From Candidatus Thalassarchaeum sp. (GTDB taxonomy: Archaea > Thermoplasmatota > Poseidoniia > Poseidoniales > Thalassarchaeaceae), in the NCBI GenBank assembly GCA_016777225.1, contig JADHRW010000001.1, positions 170,981 to 234,980 of the forward strand: a stretch of DNA of 64,000 nt, read 5' to 3'. The notes under the pieces are model-generated. The model was not told the DNA's origin. It ran no database searches and saw only the letters and a program-made list of their open reading frames with translations. Below are positions 1-9,073 of the stretch, piece after piece (position 1 is the stretch's first letter; every line of letters starts with the position of its first letter). Both the position numbers and the translations under genes were made by a program.

Positions 1-119
1 CATTGAATCAATGATTTATACGCAATCAATATCACACATTGTAATTCTCGGACATATGGAGGAGAAGGCATTTGCAGGTAGATATAGTACTGTTAGACAA
101 TCTCTACAGGTCTAAATTA

Positions 120-1037
120 ATGTCATTAAGAGACCAAGCGGAAGAGTTGAAGATTAGTAAATCCGGTTCAGTAGAAGTCCTGAGGTCGAGAATGATACAG
201 TTACAAATCCTAGATGATTTAGATTTGTCTTGGGATGGTATTCAATCTATGCCGCATAAAGAAATCGGAGAAGTTTTGAAAGTTTTTGGAATTAAGTCAT
301 CAGGTTCACATAAAGAAAGGAGACAGAGACTATGGTTGCACCTCAATTTTGATTCAAGAAGGATGACTATTGAAAGATTGGCAGAATTAGATAGAGAAAA
401 ATTACATGAAATGTGCCAATATTTAGAGTTGCCACTAACAGGAAATAGAACTGTATTGATGGGTAGAGTTGCCGGAGTATTGACTAGTCAATCTAAGGCT
501 TGGGGCAGAATCAAAAGAAGTTTAAGAAGAGGTGGAATATCGAAAAAATCTCAAGTAACAAAGAGTATCTCTGAGTCAAATAATATTGTGATTTTGAATA
601 ATGAATTTGATTTAGATAAAGATATAGGAAAAAATAAAATTGAAGAATCATCTAATGCGGCTCTGGAAGATGCATATGATTCTCTACTAATTGGCTTTGA
701 AGATGCAGACTTCACAACTCAAGGAGACATCTTAACTATTCAAGCTAGAGTTGAAGATTTAGATAGAATGATAGGCACTATTATCAAAAGTCATGAGGGT
801 TTTTGGGGCGAAAAAGAAAAAGATTTACTCCTTAGACTGGCAGTAAGAAGAGGTTGGCCTTTATCAAACGATAAAGTAAAACAAAGGTTATCGTTAGTAG
901 CAACTAATATTGCAGAAATCAAAGGAGCCGAAATGGGTGTGTCGGCAAAAAGTAGCATAAAAGATTCAGATACTATTGAAAGAGTTAGGGGGAAACTATC
1001 AATGATAGATAATATACTTGCGAATAAAGAAAAATAA
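120..1037 (+). CDS. Protein with three tandem SAP-like DNA-binding motifs and uncharacterised C-terminal region
   Basis: LRDQAEELKISKSGSVEVLRSRM, IGEVLKVFGIKSSGSHKERRQRL and LHEMCQYLELPLTGNRTVLMGRV fit the SAP pattern; ATG 120 preferred over TTG 72. Confidence 0.65.
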   Translation: MSLRDQAEELKISKSGSVEVLRSRMIQLQILDDLDLSWDGIQSMPHKEIGEVLKVFGIKSSGSHKERRQRLWLHLNFDSRRMTIERLAELDREKLHEMCQYLELPLTGNRTVLMGRVAGVLTSQSKAWGRIKRSLRRGGISKKSQVTKSISESNNIVILNNEFDLDKDIGKNKIEESSNAALEDAYDSLLIGFEDADFTTQGDILTIQARVEDLDRMIGTIIKSHEGFWGEKEKDLLLRLAVRRGWPLSNDKVKQRLSLVATNIAEIKGAEMGVSAKSSIKDSDTIERVRGKLSMIDNILANKEK

Positions 1038-2009
1038 TCAGTCTAGAATTTGGAAGAATCCAAATCTAGGCTCGATTATTTGACACTTTATATCTCTAAG
1101 GTCTTCAATCGCGTCTTCTGATGATTCTCTAGAAAATCCAGCCTCAGTACAAGCAAGAACTATCGAATCATACGGAATTCCATCTACATTAGATGAATTT
1201 CTCACTACACTAAGAATTAAATCTTCGACATTACCTTGTGGTGCTAAATTAGATTTATTCACAATATCTTCTGATTCATTGGATGAAAATATTCCTTCGG
1301 ATACAGATGGTTGTGATTCTTGAACGGATGGAGGCATCATTGTTTCAATATCTGCATTAGAATTTAGAGCCATTGAAAGACCTTGTAAAACACCCACTCT
1401 GTAACTTTCAGGATCAAACTCTCCATAATGTCCCTTAGCTAATATCATCCCTTCAATTAAATCAGATGGAACGCCAACTGATTCTAATGCATCAGAGTTA
1501 TTATCAGAACCTAATGATGCTGAATATGCAGCCAACCTTCTCAGAGTAGCAGCTGAAGTTTCTACTAACCAATTTACATAAACTTCTCTTTGAACTATAC
1601 AAAACTCTTCAGCGCGGAAAGATGTAAAAATCCCTCCATCATCACTTTCAAACCATCGTGCTCGACCTACCATCATCATCAAGAATCGGTCACCCGACTC
1701 AAATCGCGCGAGAAGCTCTTCAGCATCGGCATGTAATTCAGGTTGGAAGGGGGCTATTTGGAATCGGTGTACACCTCCAGTAGCATCCCTTAACTGACCG
1801 GAATAAGACGGGCCATTATCGCCATCTCTTCTTTCAAATCTATCGATAACTCCTCCGAAAAGTGCACGATTTATTTTCGCACCTAATTTCGTAATTATGA
1901 ATGAGGGCGCGTATTCACCAATTCCTTCTAAAGGAAGATTAGAATCTGAATATTCTTGAGCAAAAATACGGATTGCACTTTGTCGCCCTACTCTAATTTG
2001 ATTAATCAT
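1038..2009 (-). CDS. RPA-associated OB-fold protein (second RPA subunit-like)
   Basis: RQSAIRIFAQEY...APSFIITKLGAKINR N-terminus typical of euryarchaeal RPA-associated proteins; possible C-terminal winged helix; ATGA overlap with the rpa stop at 2006-2009. Confidence 0.75.
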   Translation of the reverse strand: MINQIRVGRQSAIRIFAQEYSDSNLPLEGIGEYAPSFIITKLGAKINRALFGGVIDRFERRDGDNGPSYSGQLRDATGGVHRFQIAPFQPELHADAEELLARFESGDRFLMMMVGRARWFESDDGGIFTSFRAEEFCIVQREVYVNWLVETSAATLRRLAAYSASLGSDNNSDALESVGVPSDLIEGMILAKGHYGEFDPESYRVGVLQGLSMALNSNADIETMMPPSVQESQPSVSEGIFSSNESEDIVNKSNLAPQGNVEDLILSVVRNSSNVDGIPYDSIVLACTEAGFSRESSEDAIEDLRDIKCQIIEPRFGFFQILD

Positions 2010-3697
2010 AGAAGCACCCCCCATTCCTGCATTACTAGATTAGCGGCATCTTCATTTGAAGTATTATCAAAAGTAACTTCCTCTGCTAATACCATAGCCC
2101 CTTGAGTATCAACTAATGAGCGACCATGGATTATTACTTTTCTAGCGAGATAATTATTTCTAATTTCAGAAAGGAAATCTTCATGGCCGGTTTTTGATAT
2201 CTTCTCTTTGACAATTTCTTGAGACATGTTTAATAATTTCTCAGATGGATCTTTAGCCATTATTAAGGGAGCATTGTGAACTCCATTATCAACGACAAAC
2301 TTCAACCTCAGATCTTCAACACCATGTTGTGCCCCATGATCAATACAAGCGCCATCTCGAAGAATTCTACGACACTCAGGGCATCGATGTATTATTCCAG
2401 AATCTGCTCTTATAGCTACAATAGTACCTCTTGTTTTGATACCTCTCCTAGAACCACTAGTAACTAAGTCAGATAATTCAATATCGACCCAATGTTGTTC
2501 TGGATCAATTGCTTCCCAGGGAGCATCTGTTAGATTGGAAACTTGATCAGAGGAATCAACAACAAGATCTGGAGAACCTTGCCAAAACTGAACACGAGCA
2601 TTTGTCAAATGTAAGAAATCACCTGGCTTTGGGTCTATTTCACACCAAGCAGTAAGTCGACACCTTCCAGTAGGGTCCATCACATCTCCACTTCTGACGA
2701 TTTTCTCTTCACCATCAGAATTAGTAAATGTACGAGATTGCCATGATTCTACTTGAACTGTAGTGATTACATCTTTCATTCCATTTCTCAAATCACCAAT
2801 TTTAGAAGTTGTAATTTGAGATAATTCTTCTGTACTGGCAAAATTATTATCATGATATTTCTCGATTTTTGTTCTATCGTTAATATTAACTTCAGGTGTT
2901 TCTCTGAATTTTCTGATCATAGCACCTTCAATCTTGACTAAATCCCCAATTTCATGATTAACTGGAACCCAAGAAAGAAAGCTTATGTTGCCAGAAGAAT
3001 CAGCAAATGTACCTCTAAATATATCTAGACTACCACTGCCATCTCTTTTCACTATGACATCTGGTTTGAGCGAAATTATTCTAGCAAGTAGAGTTACATA
3101 TCCTTCATTTTCCGATGCCTTCTCTATTGTAACTGGTTCATCACTCATAGGAGCAACGGCAGGACCGCCTTCTCGAAGAACGGTAACTCTACTTCCTCGA
3201 TTAATATTTATCGAACGTTTGTCATTCCATTCATTAACTGAAACACCTTCAAGTCTGACAACTGAATTTGGTGCAAGATTTTCTGAATGAGCACCCCAAT
3301 CTTTGAAATCCCACCTTTCTCTTTTATCATTAGATTCCCAAGGATTATCTTCAATCCAACCAAATGCAATTTGCTTTTCTTCGCCTCTAACCATTTGGAT
3401 GCGAGGGACATAGGTTACAACCGCAACTTCGATTGTTACATTCTTATCTTCTGAACCTAAGTCTGAGAAACGGTCTACTTTCTTTTCAACTCTTGCAGGA
3501 GTTGAAGAAATAGATGAAACTTCTTTACCTGAAGCTTTCTGAAATTTCATAATAACGGATCTAACAGCATCATTAGGTTCTATCAGGAATTCTTCTTGAT
3601 AACGCCTAAATTCTTCAGCAATTTCTTTATCATCTGCGTCTTTACATTCTTCTTTAACTAAAGCAACTTGCGCTGCATATTTCTCATAATCTGTCAT
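2006..3697 (-). CDS. rpa: Replication protein A, multi-OB-fold ssDNA-binding protein with Zn finger
   Basis: Repeated OB folds (D-x-S/T-G-x-I/C...W motifs) and C-terminal RCPECRR...CIDHG Zn finger. Confidence 0.9.
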   Translation of the reverse strand: MTDYEKYAAQVALVKEECKDADDKEIAEEFRRYQEEFLIEPNDAVRSVIMKFQKASGKEVSSISSTPARVEKKVDRFSDLGSEDKNVTIEVAVVTYVPRIQMVRGEEKQIAFGWIEDNPWESNDKRERWDFKDWGAHSENLAPNSVVRLEGVSVNEWNDKRSININRGSRVTVLREGGPAVAPMSDEPVTIEKASENEGYVTLLARIISLKPDVIVKRDGSGSLDIFRGTFADSSGNISFLSWVPVNHEIGDLVKIEGAMIRKFRETPEVNINDRTKIEKYHDNNFASTEELSQITTSKIGDLRNGMKDVITTVQVESWQSRTFTNSDGEEKIVRSGDVMDPTGRCRLTAWCEIDPKPGDFLHLTNARVQFWQGSPDLVVDSSDQVSNLTDAPWEAIDPEQHWVDIELSDLVTSGSRRGIKTRGTIVAIRADSGIIHRCPECRRILRDGACIDHGAQHGVEDLRLKFVVDNGVHNAPLIMAKDPSEKLLNMSQEIVKEKISKTGHEDFLSEIRNNYLARKVIIHGRSLVDTQGAMVLAEEVTFDNTSNEDAANLVMQEWGVLL

Positions 3698-3865
3698 AAT
3701 ACTACACCTACATCAGGATTGTAATGGTGAGACTACTTCTAAAACCGATGCAAATGCCAAAAAGACTGATTCTTGATGGATAAATGGGGTATAGCAACGG
3801 CGTGTATGTTTGGGTAGACTCAACACTTGCAACCTCCGGGAGGTCTTTGCTAGCGTGGAGGTCCT

Positions 3866-3877
3866 TGAACATGTTCA
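3866..3877. promoter_or_regulatory. Perfect 12-bp palindrome TGAACATGTTCA overlapping the putative rpa promoter
   Basis: Seen directly; overlaps the minus-strand TTCAA element at 3865-3869. Confidence 0.4.
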
Positions 3878-3937
3878 TTACTTTGTCAAAGATTTGGACC
3901 GATGGCGTTTTGATTCAATGCTGTTTATAGGAGAACA

Positions 3938-4489
3938 ATGGTAGGCGAGGATTTCTGTAGATTCGGAATTTTAACTGCATCTGACAGAGCAAGTTCAGGA
4001 GATTATGAAGATCTTAGTGGACCGGCCATAGAAGATTTTTTGCATGAAGCAGTATCATCGTCTTGGGAAGTGATTAGGATAATTGTTCCAGATGAGCAAT
4101 CAGAAATCGAGGAAGCATTGTGCGACCTATCTGATAATCAAAAATGTTCTATAATTCTCACAACAGGAGGTACTGGACCAGCACCTAGGGATGTTTCACC
4201 AGAAGCAACCAATGCAGTATGTCAAAAGATGCTACCAGGATTTGGAGAGCAAATGAGAAATATTTCTTTGAAATATGTCCCTACTGCTATATTATCAAGA
4301 CAAACGGCGGGAATAAGAGGCAGTACTCTGATAATTAATTTACCAGGCTCTCCACGATCAATAAGAGAGATTCTAGATGAGATATTTGCTGCTGTCCCTT
4401 ATTGTGTAGACTTGATTGATGGCCCTTATATTACAACACATCCAGAGGTAGTAAAATCATTCAGACCGGCTCATGCTAGAAGAGAATGA
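3938..4489 (+). CDS. mog: Molybdopterin adenylyltransferase (MogA)
   Basis: TASDRAS, TTGGTGPAPRDVSPEAT, AILSRQTAGIRG, INLPGSP motifs. Confidence 0.92.
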   Translation: MVGEDFCRFGILTASDRASSGDYEDLSGPAIEDFLHEAVSSSWEVIRIIVPDEQSEIEEALCDLSDNQKCSIILTTGGTGPAPRDVSPEATNAVCQKMLPGFGEQMRNISLKYVPTAILSRQTAGIRGSTLIINLPGSPRSIREILDEIFAAVPYCVDLIDGPYITTHPEVVKSFRPAHARRE

Positions 4490-5346
4490 TTCATGAGAGG
4501 GTGTTTAACCGGCCGACTATGGCTAAGATGAAGAGTGGCGATTTCGAGACAGATAGAGAACAGGATGAATTGAGAGAAATCGAGGTGACTCTAGATTTCA
4601 CACCCAATGCTCTGGCATCCATATTATACCGTCAAGGCAATACAGTTATTCTGGCATGTGTAACTAAAGCAGATGGTTTGCCAAGATGGTTCCCCCGAGA
4701 TTCTAATAGAGGCTGGGTACATGCAGAATATTCATTATTACCTGGTTCAACTGATAGTAGATTCCGTAGAGAAAGAGGCGGCGCTAAGGGAAGAACTCAG
4801 GAAATTGAGAGATTAATTGCTCGCTCATTAAGGGGTGCAATTGATTTAGAACAACTCGGACCTTTGGCATTAACAGTTGATTGTGATGTACTAAATGCCG
4901 ATGGAGGCACAAGATGTGCATCAATTACTGCTGCATGTATAGCACTGAGACTTGCAGTTCGTAGATTAATTTCTAAAGGCGAGTGTTTGCCTAAAGAATT
5001 GAGACCCAGCCGTGAAGATTTGAAGAATGGATGGAAAGCTCCTAAATTAACCGATGAACAAAAGATGGCGCATGAAAACTCAGTAATCAGCAATAATGTA
5101 GCTGCGATAAGTGTTGGATTAATGGGAGATGAAATATATCTTGATTTAGACTACATTCTAGATAGTAATGCAGATGTTGACATGAATGTTGTAATGACAA
5201 GTAATGGAGAATTTGTAGAAGTCCAAGGAACAGGAGAGGAATCAACATATACGCGAAAACAACTCGATGCATTGCTCAATATGGCCGAAAAAGGCAATTT
5301 AGCACTACATGAAATGCAGATGGAAGTACTTTCAGAAGCAAATTGA
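4486..5346 (+). CDS. rph: Bacterial-type ribonuclease PH
   Basis: GWVHAEYSLLPGST, GRTQEIERLIARSLR, DCDVLNADGGTRCASIT, DMNVVMT, EVQGTGE; about 30-aa insertion; true start may be slightly downstream. Confidence 0.9.
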   Translation: MIHERVFNRPTMAKMKSGDFETDREQDELREIEVTLDFTPNALASILYRQGNTVILACVTKADGLPRWFPRDSNRGWVHAEYSLLPGSTDSRFRRERGGAKGRTQEIERLIARSLRGAIDLEQLGPLALTVDCDVLNADGGTRCASITAACIALRLAVRRLISKGECLPKELRPSREDLKNGWKAPKLTDEQKMAHENSVISNNVAAISVGLMGDEIYLDLDYILDSNADVDMNVVMTSNGEFVEVQGTGEESTYTRKQLDALLNMAEKGNLALHEMQMEVLSEAN

Positions 5347-5393
5347 GTTCTCGGAACAATTGAAGAGGAAAGAGCAGTGGCGTGGACGCTAAA

Positions 5394-5469
5394 GGGACTG
5401 TAGCTCAGCTGGGAGAGCGCCGCACTGAAGATGCGGAGGCCGCCGGTTCAAGTCCGGCCAGTCCCACCA
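5394..5469 (+). tRNA. tRNA-Phe(GAA), CCA encoded
   Basis: GGGACTG/CAGTCCC acceptor stem, CCGCA-CTGAAGA-TGCGG anticodon arm, GGTTCAAGTCC T-arm, ACCA end. Confidence 0.97.
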
Positions 5470-5534
5470 GCAACTACTGAATTGACGTGTAGTGTTATAC
5501 AGTATTTGATTAAGTAAAGTTAATTCGGTATATT

Positions 5535-6101
5535 ATGGATATCTTTGAGGGACGTATCACATCATGCGGTTTCTCTTCAGGAGATAGGTTAGTAATTGGA
5601 TCTTGGAAAAAATCCCCATTTGGTATTTTTGCAGATATTATGTGGGCTAAATCAGATGGAACAAAGGTTCTTATTGCACCAAATAAAGAAATTGGAAATT
5701 ATATATCATCTATGTATAATTTTGATATTATCAAGATTGAAGAAATAAAGTTAGAAGAAACACAAAATATGATTAAATTAGAAACGGAAGATATTAATTG
5801 TTATTTTGAATGGAATAAGGGGATTCCATTCATAATTAAAAAAAGACCTTTGTGGTTTGTCGCAAGTATAGAATATTTCTTTGGGTGGTTGATGTTTAGA
5901 ACAAAAACACATGGAAAAACAAAAAATGGGAAGAAAGAATGGTACGTAGTAGACCGATTATCAAAATTAACTTTAGCAAAGGCATTTATTGGAGATAAAA
6001 ATTTAGGAGAATTCACAGATTTTTATCCAAAGGCAAACTTTGGTTTTAGTGACCCTCCAAAAATGCCATCCTCAGTGTTAGTAAGAAGCCATATTAAGTA
6101 A
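5535..6101 (+). CDS. Hypothetical protein
   Basis: 188-aa ORF with a TTGAT promoter-position element at -29..-25; no function recognised. Confidence 0.6.
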   Translation: MDIFEGRITSCGFSSGDRLVIGSWKKSPFGIFADIMWAKSDGTKVLIAPNKEIGNYISSMYNFDIIKIEEIKLEETQNMIKLETEDINCYFEWNKGIPFIIKKRPLWFVASIEYFFGWLMFRTKTHGKTKNGKKEWYVVDRLSKLTLAKAFIGDKNLGEFTDFYPKANFGFSDPPKMPSSVLVRSHIK

Positions 6102-6111
6102 TTATCTGAAA

Positions 6112-7233
6112 TCAGAAAATATCATCATCATCATCATCTGAATCTTCAAAAGAAATCATCGAACTAGCAGCGACTTTCTTTGGTGCAACTTTCTTAGCAG
6201 ATGCTTCCGATTCAATTTCTTTTTCTTCAGCATTGGACTTTTCTTCAGAAGCTTGCCTTTCAAATTCTGCGATTTCATCTGCAGACATTCCAGACTGTCG
6301 GGCTAATTTAACACGGCGCTCATCACGTGCACGGATCTCCAGTAATCTCTGCCGAGCTTTATCATAATGCTGTAACATATACATTGCATCATGTTCAAGT
6401 AATGGAGAATCTGAAATTATAGTAATATCCAACCATTCTCCCTCTTCTGCTAAATATTCAGCAAATGGTTCGAATTTGAGATCCGATTTTTTAATTTGTG
6501 TATAATGTAATGCATTACCCATCCTATGTTCGACACCTGCGAAATGACAGTAAAATTTCTTCCCACCATAACTTTCTCTAACCAAATCAAATAATTCGGC
6601 ATAGTCTTCGCTTGTCTTCATTTTTCCATGTCCTCTAGCATGAATATGAGCCATATTGATTACGGGTACTGTCCCTTCAACATGATTACAAACTTCGAGA
6701 ACTTCTTCTATAGTTCCCCATAACTCTTGACGACCTGAAGTTTCAATTCCTACTAAGGAAGGCTCAGATTCATGTATCCACGGAAATGCAGCATAATCTA
6801 ACTCTTCTTTAGCAACTCCCCAAATAGACCTAACTCTATCTACTACACCAGAGAATACATTTGCTACTTGCTCATTAGCACTTGTACCAGGTTCATAATC
6901 ACCATAAGGTCCAACATGGTATGTTAAATGACGAGCATTGAGGATTTTACCTGCTTGCATACTTGATTCCATTTTCAATAAACTTCGATTACGCTCTCTA
7001 CGGTTGCCAAGAAGTTCTGCATAATAGGGTCCATGAATATTCATTTCAATATCTGAATCCCAAGAAAGAATACCTGCTTGCCAATATTGATCGAAATGTT
7101 TTGGTTGAACAGTGCGGACTGTTTGAATCTCCATTGCATCTAAACCAAGGACTGTAATATCGTCCATTCCCTCTACAATAGTTCTACCTTTGCATGATAA
7201 TGGCACACCGGCCGGACCTAATCGTAGTGGCAT
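6112..7233 (-). CDS. nfo: Archaeal-type endonuclease IV (AP endonuclease, TIM barrel) with charged/acidic C-terminal tail
   Basis: LRLGPAGVP, HGPYY, IETSGRQELWGTIEE, HIHAR, HFAG, IISDSPLLEHDA; ATG 7233 follows SD-like GGGGGAT. Confidence 0.85.
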   Translation of the reverse strand: MPLRLGPAGVPLSCKGRTIVEGMDDITVLGLDAMEIQTVRTVQPKHFDQYWQAGILSWDSDIEMNIHGPYYAELLGNRRERNRSLLKMESSMQAGKILNARHLTYHVGPYGDYEPGTSANEQVANVFSGVVDRVRSIWGVAKEELDYAAFPWIHESEPSLVGIETSGRQELWGTIEEVLEVCNHVEGTVPVINMAHIHARGHGKMKTSEDYAELFDLVRESYGGKKFYCHFAGVEHRMGNALHYTQIKKSDLKFEPFAEYLAEEGEWLDITIISDSPLLEHDAMYMLQHYDKARQRLLEIRARDERRVKLARQSGMSADEIAEFERQASEEKSNAEEKEIESEASAKKVAPKKVAASSMISFEDSDDDDDDIF

Positions 7234-7346
7234 ACTTACATCCCCCGAGGGTTGGCCGAAAGGGTGACCCTTCAAAAGGGATTGTTGCTACTAGTCCCCT
7301 TTTAGTTTATCAAAAAATATTCTTATTTAGTCATTAAACTCTAATA

Positions 7347-8018
7347 TTATGATAAACAAGCACTTTTTACACCTGAATTACCAGATTCAGAGATAGGAAG
7401 ATTACAAATGAACCTAGCCAACCATTCTAGTGGTTCTAGAGGTTCGTCAGTCACTACATCAATAGAACCTAGTGAATGTTCAACTAAAGCTCTATTTTGA
7501 TTCTTGATGTAGCAACATACATGAGGCACTAATCCTCTATTTCGAATTTCTTTCAATAGATTATTAACGGAAACTCCTTCTAATTTAGATACTGCATCTA
7601 AAGCCTCAGGGGTTAGGAATAAAACATGAATTTGACGTATTCTATTTATGACAAAACCCCATGATTCACTAAGATCTTGAGGGTTATTAGGTACATCAAC
7701 AATCATTACCATTCTAGCGCCTTCTAATTCTCCAAATGTCATTCCTGCACCCAAAGCAGATTTAGGAGACTCACCTGAAAGAATTGTCTCTGCAGAATTA
7801 ACTAGCCAGTGTATACCATTTGTTAACTTTCGCCAATTTATCACACCATGATTAAACATTGAAAATGATTCGCCATCACCACTAGTTAGAAAATTAGTTT
7901 TAGCACCTAATGATTGGCAATTAGATAATACAGCATGCGCATTATCGGTCAGAGAAGGGTCACCAAAGGCTACTATCTGGATGTCAGAAATTGGCATTCG
8001 CATCAATCCATTTTCCAT
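7347..8018 (-). CDS. Hypothetical protein, possibly degenerate PfkB/ribokinase-like fold
   Basis: IHVLFLTPEALDAV resembles PfkB DILFxNEEE; no DxxGAGD motif; overlaps the pelota stop. Confidence 0.45.
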   Translation of the reverse strand: MENGLMRMPISDIQIVAFGDPSLTDNAHAVLSNCQSLGAKTNFLTSGDGESFSMFNHGVINWRKLTNGIHWLVNSAETILSGESPKSALGAGMTFGELEGARMVMIVDVPNNPQDLSESWGFVINRIRQIHVLFLTPEALDAVSKLEGVSVNNLLKEIRNRGLVPHVCCYIKNQNRALVEHSLGSIDVVTDEPLEPLEWLARFICNLPISESGNSGVKSACLS

Positions 8019-9061
8019 CTAAGTAAAGCTAATGCTCCACCTAATCCCATTAATTGTTGAGCAGAGTCATGATCTTGTGAAACTTGAATTATACGCCCGC
8101 TCGAAACCTCAATGAGTTCTAATATTGATTCCCAAATATTTCTAATCTCAGAGTCAGGATTGCGTAAAAGTTGTGCATCAATCGCAAGAACTTCTATTGC
8201 ACCGGCATCTGCAGCTTCAGAAATAAATTTCAAACCAAAGGCTACAGCACCATTTGTTGATATTCTCTTTAGTCCTTCTTCTATTGTTTTAATTTGTGAT
8301 ACAAGAGCGTGTTCTCCCAGAAAAGCATCCGCTAGGCCGTCAGCAAGCACTTCATTCGCAGCGGGTCTCCCACCGATAGATGCAGCTACATTGAGAACCT
8401 GATTTTTGGCGCCAATGCCTCTTAACATAGATTCAAATTGTTCTCTTGCAAGACCTGGGCCGCAAATAACTAAAGGGATATTCTCGGTAAAAACTAATGA
8501 TGTTTCTTTGGCGACTTTTTCAAAGAAATTTTTCCTCACACTGGTTGAATCAGAAGTTCTTTTTCCACCCCCGCGCATACTAAACTGAGAAACATCTCTA
8601 ATTCCATGAGAAGTTACTTCGAAGAGTATTATCTCGTCATTCTCGACTACTATTAATCCTGACTTAGCCTTAGAACCAGTTTTTATGGTCTCTTTTAGAA
8701 GTGCCATATCTGATTTGACTAAACCTCCAGAAAAGGTCAGTTCTATTTCGTCACCAGCAGATATTATGTGAGTATGATGAAGGCCTATGTCGAATTTAGC
8801 CTCTCTAATTGTACCATGCGCCCTTAGATTATCTGTAAATGCTTGAAACTCTGTTTTCTCGACATCAAGTACTATCCACATAGGTTTTCTTTCAGCACTT
8901 TTAGCACGACCATCTTCTTGGGTGCCAGTGGTTGAATCTCTTCGATGAGATAGCATACCAAGTATTGATTGGGGGCGACATAATTGAGCGAGTACCCAGA
9001 GATCATCTTCGGAATCAATCCTTAGACGGACACCTTCATCGAGTTTCTTAATTTGTCGCAC
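8003..9061 (-). CDS. pelA: mRNA surveillance protein Pelota
   Basis: DSEDDLWVL, LRAHGTI...GLHHT, ICGPG, GAVAFG, C-terminal LMGLGGALALLRW. Confidence 0.9.
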   Translation of the reverse strand: MRQIKKLDEGVRLRIDSEDDLWVLAQLCRPQSILGMLSHRRDSTTGTQEDGRAKSAERKPMWIVLDVEKTEFQAFTDNLRAHGTIREAKFDIGLHHTHIISAGDEIELTFSGGLVKSDMALLKETIKTGSKAKSGLIVVENDEIILFEVTSHGIRDVSQFSMRGGGKRTSDSTSVRKNFFEKVAKETSLVFTENIPLVICGPGLAREQFESMLRGIGAKNQVLNVAASIGGRPAANEVLADGLADAFLGEHALVSQIKTIEEGLKRISTNGAVAFGLKFISEAADAGAIEVLAIDAQLLRNPDSEIRNIWESILELIEVSSGRIIQVSQDHDSAQQLMGLGGALALLRWKMD

Positions 9062-9073
9062 ACAATCACAACC

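Noticed and set aside
1-71. Minus-strand frame MPSPPYVRELQ... open to the window edge
   Set aside because: Only 23 codons visible; cannot be supported
3866-3877. LexA (Cheo) box interpretation of the rpa palindrome
   Set aside because: Spacer is 2 nt rather than GAAC-N4-GTTC, and no lexA is visible in the window
6121-6138. (ATC)n trinucleotide run
   Set aside because: Encodes the poly-Asp tail of endonuclease IV; not an independent repeat element
7234-7275. TTG start of nfo at 7275 (likewise TTG at 34829)
   Set aside because: The TTG is part of the TTGAA promoter-position element; downstream ATG/GTG starts fit better
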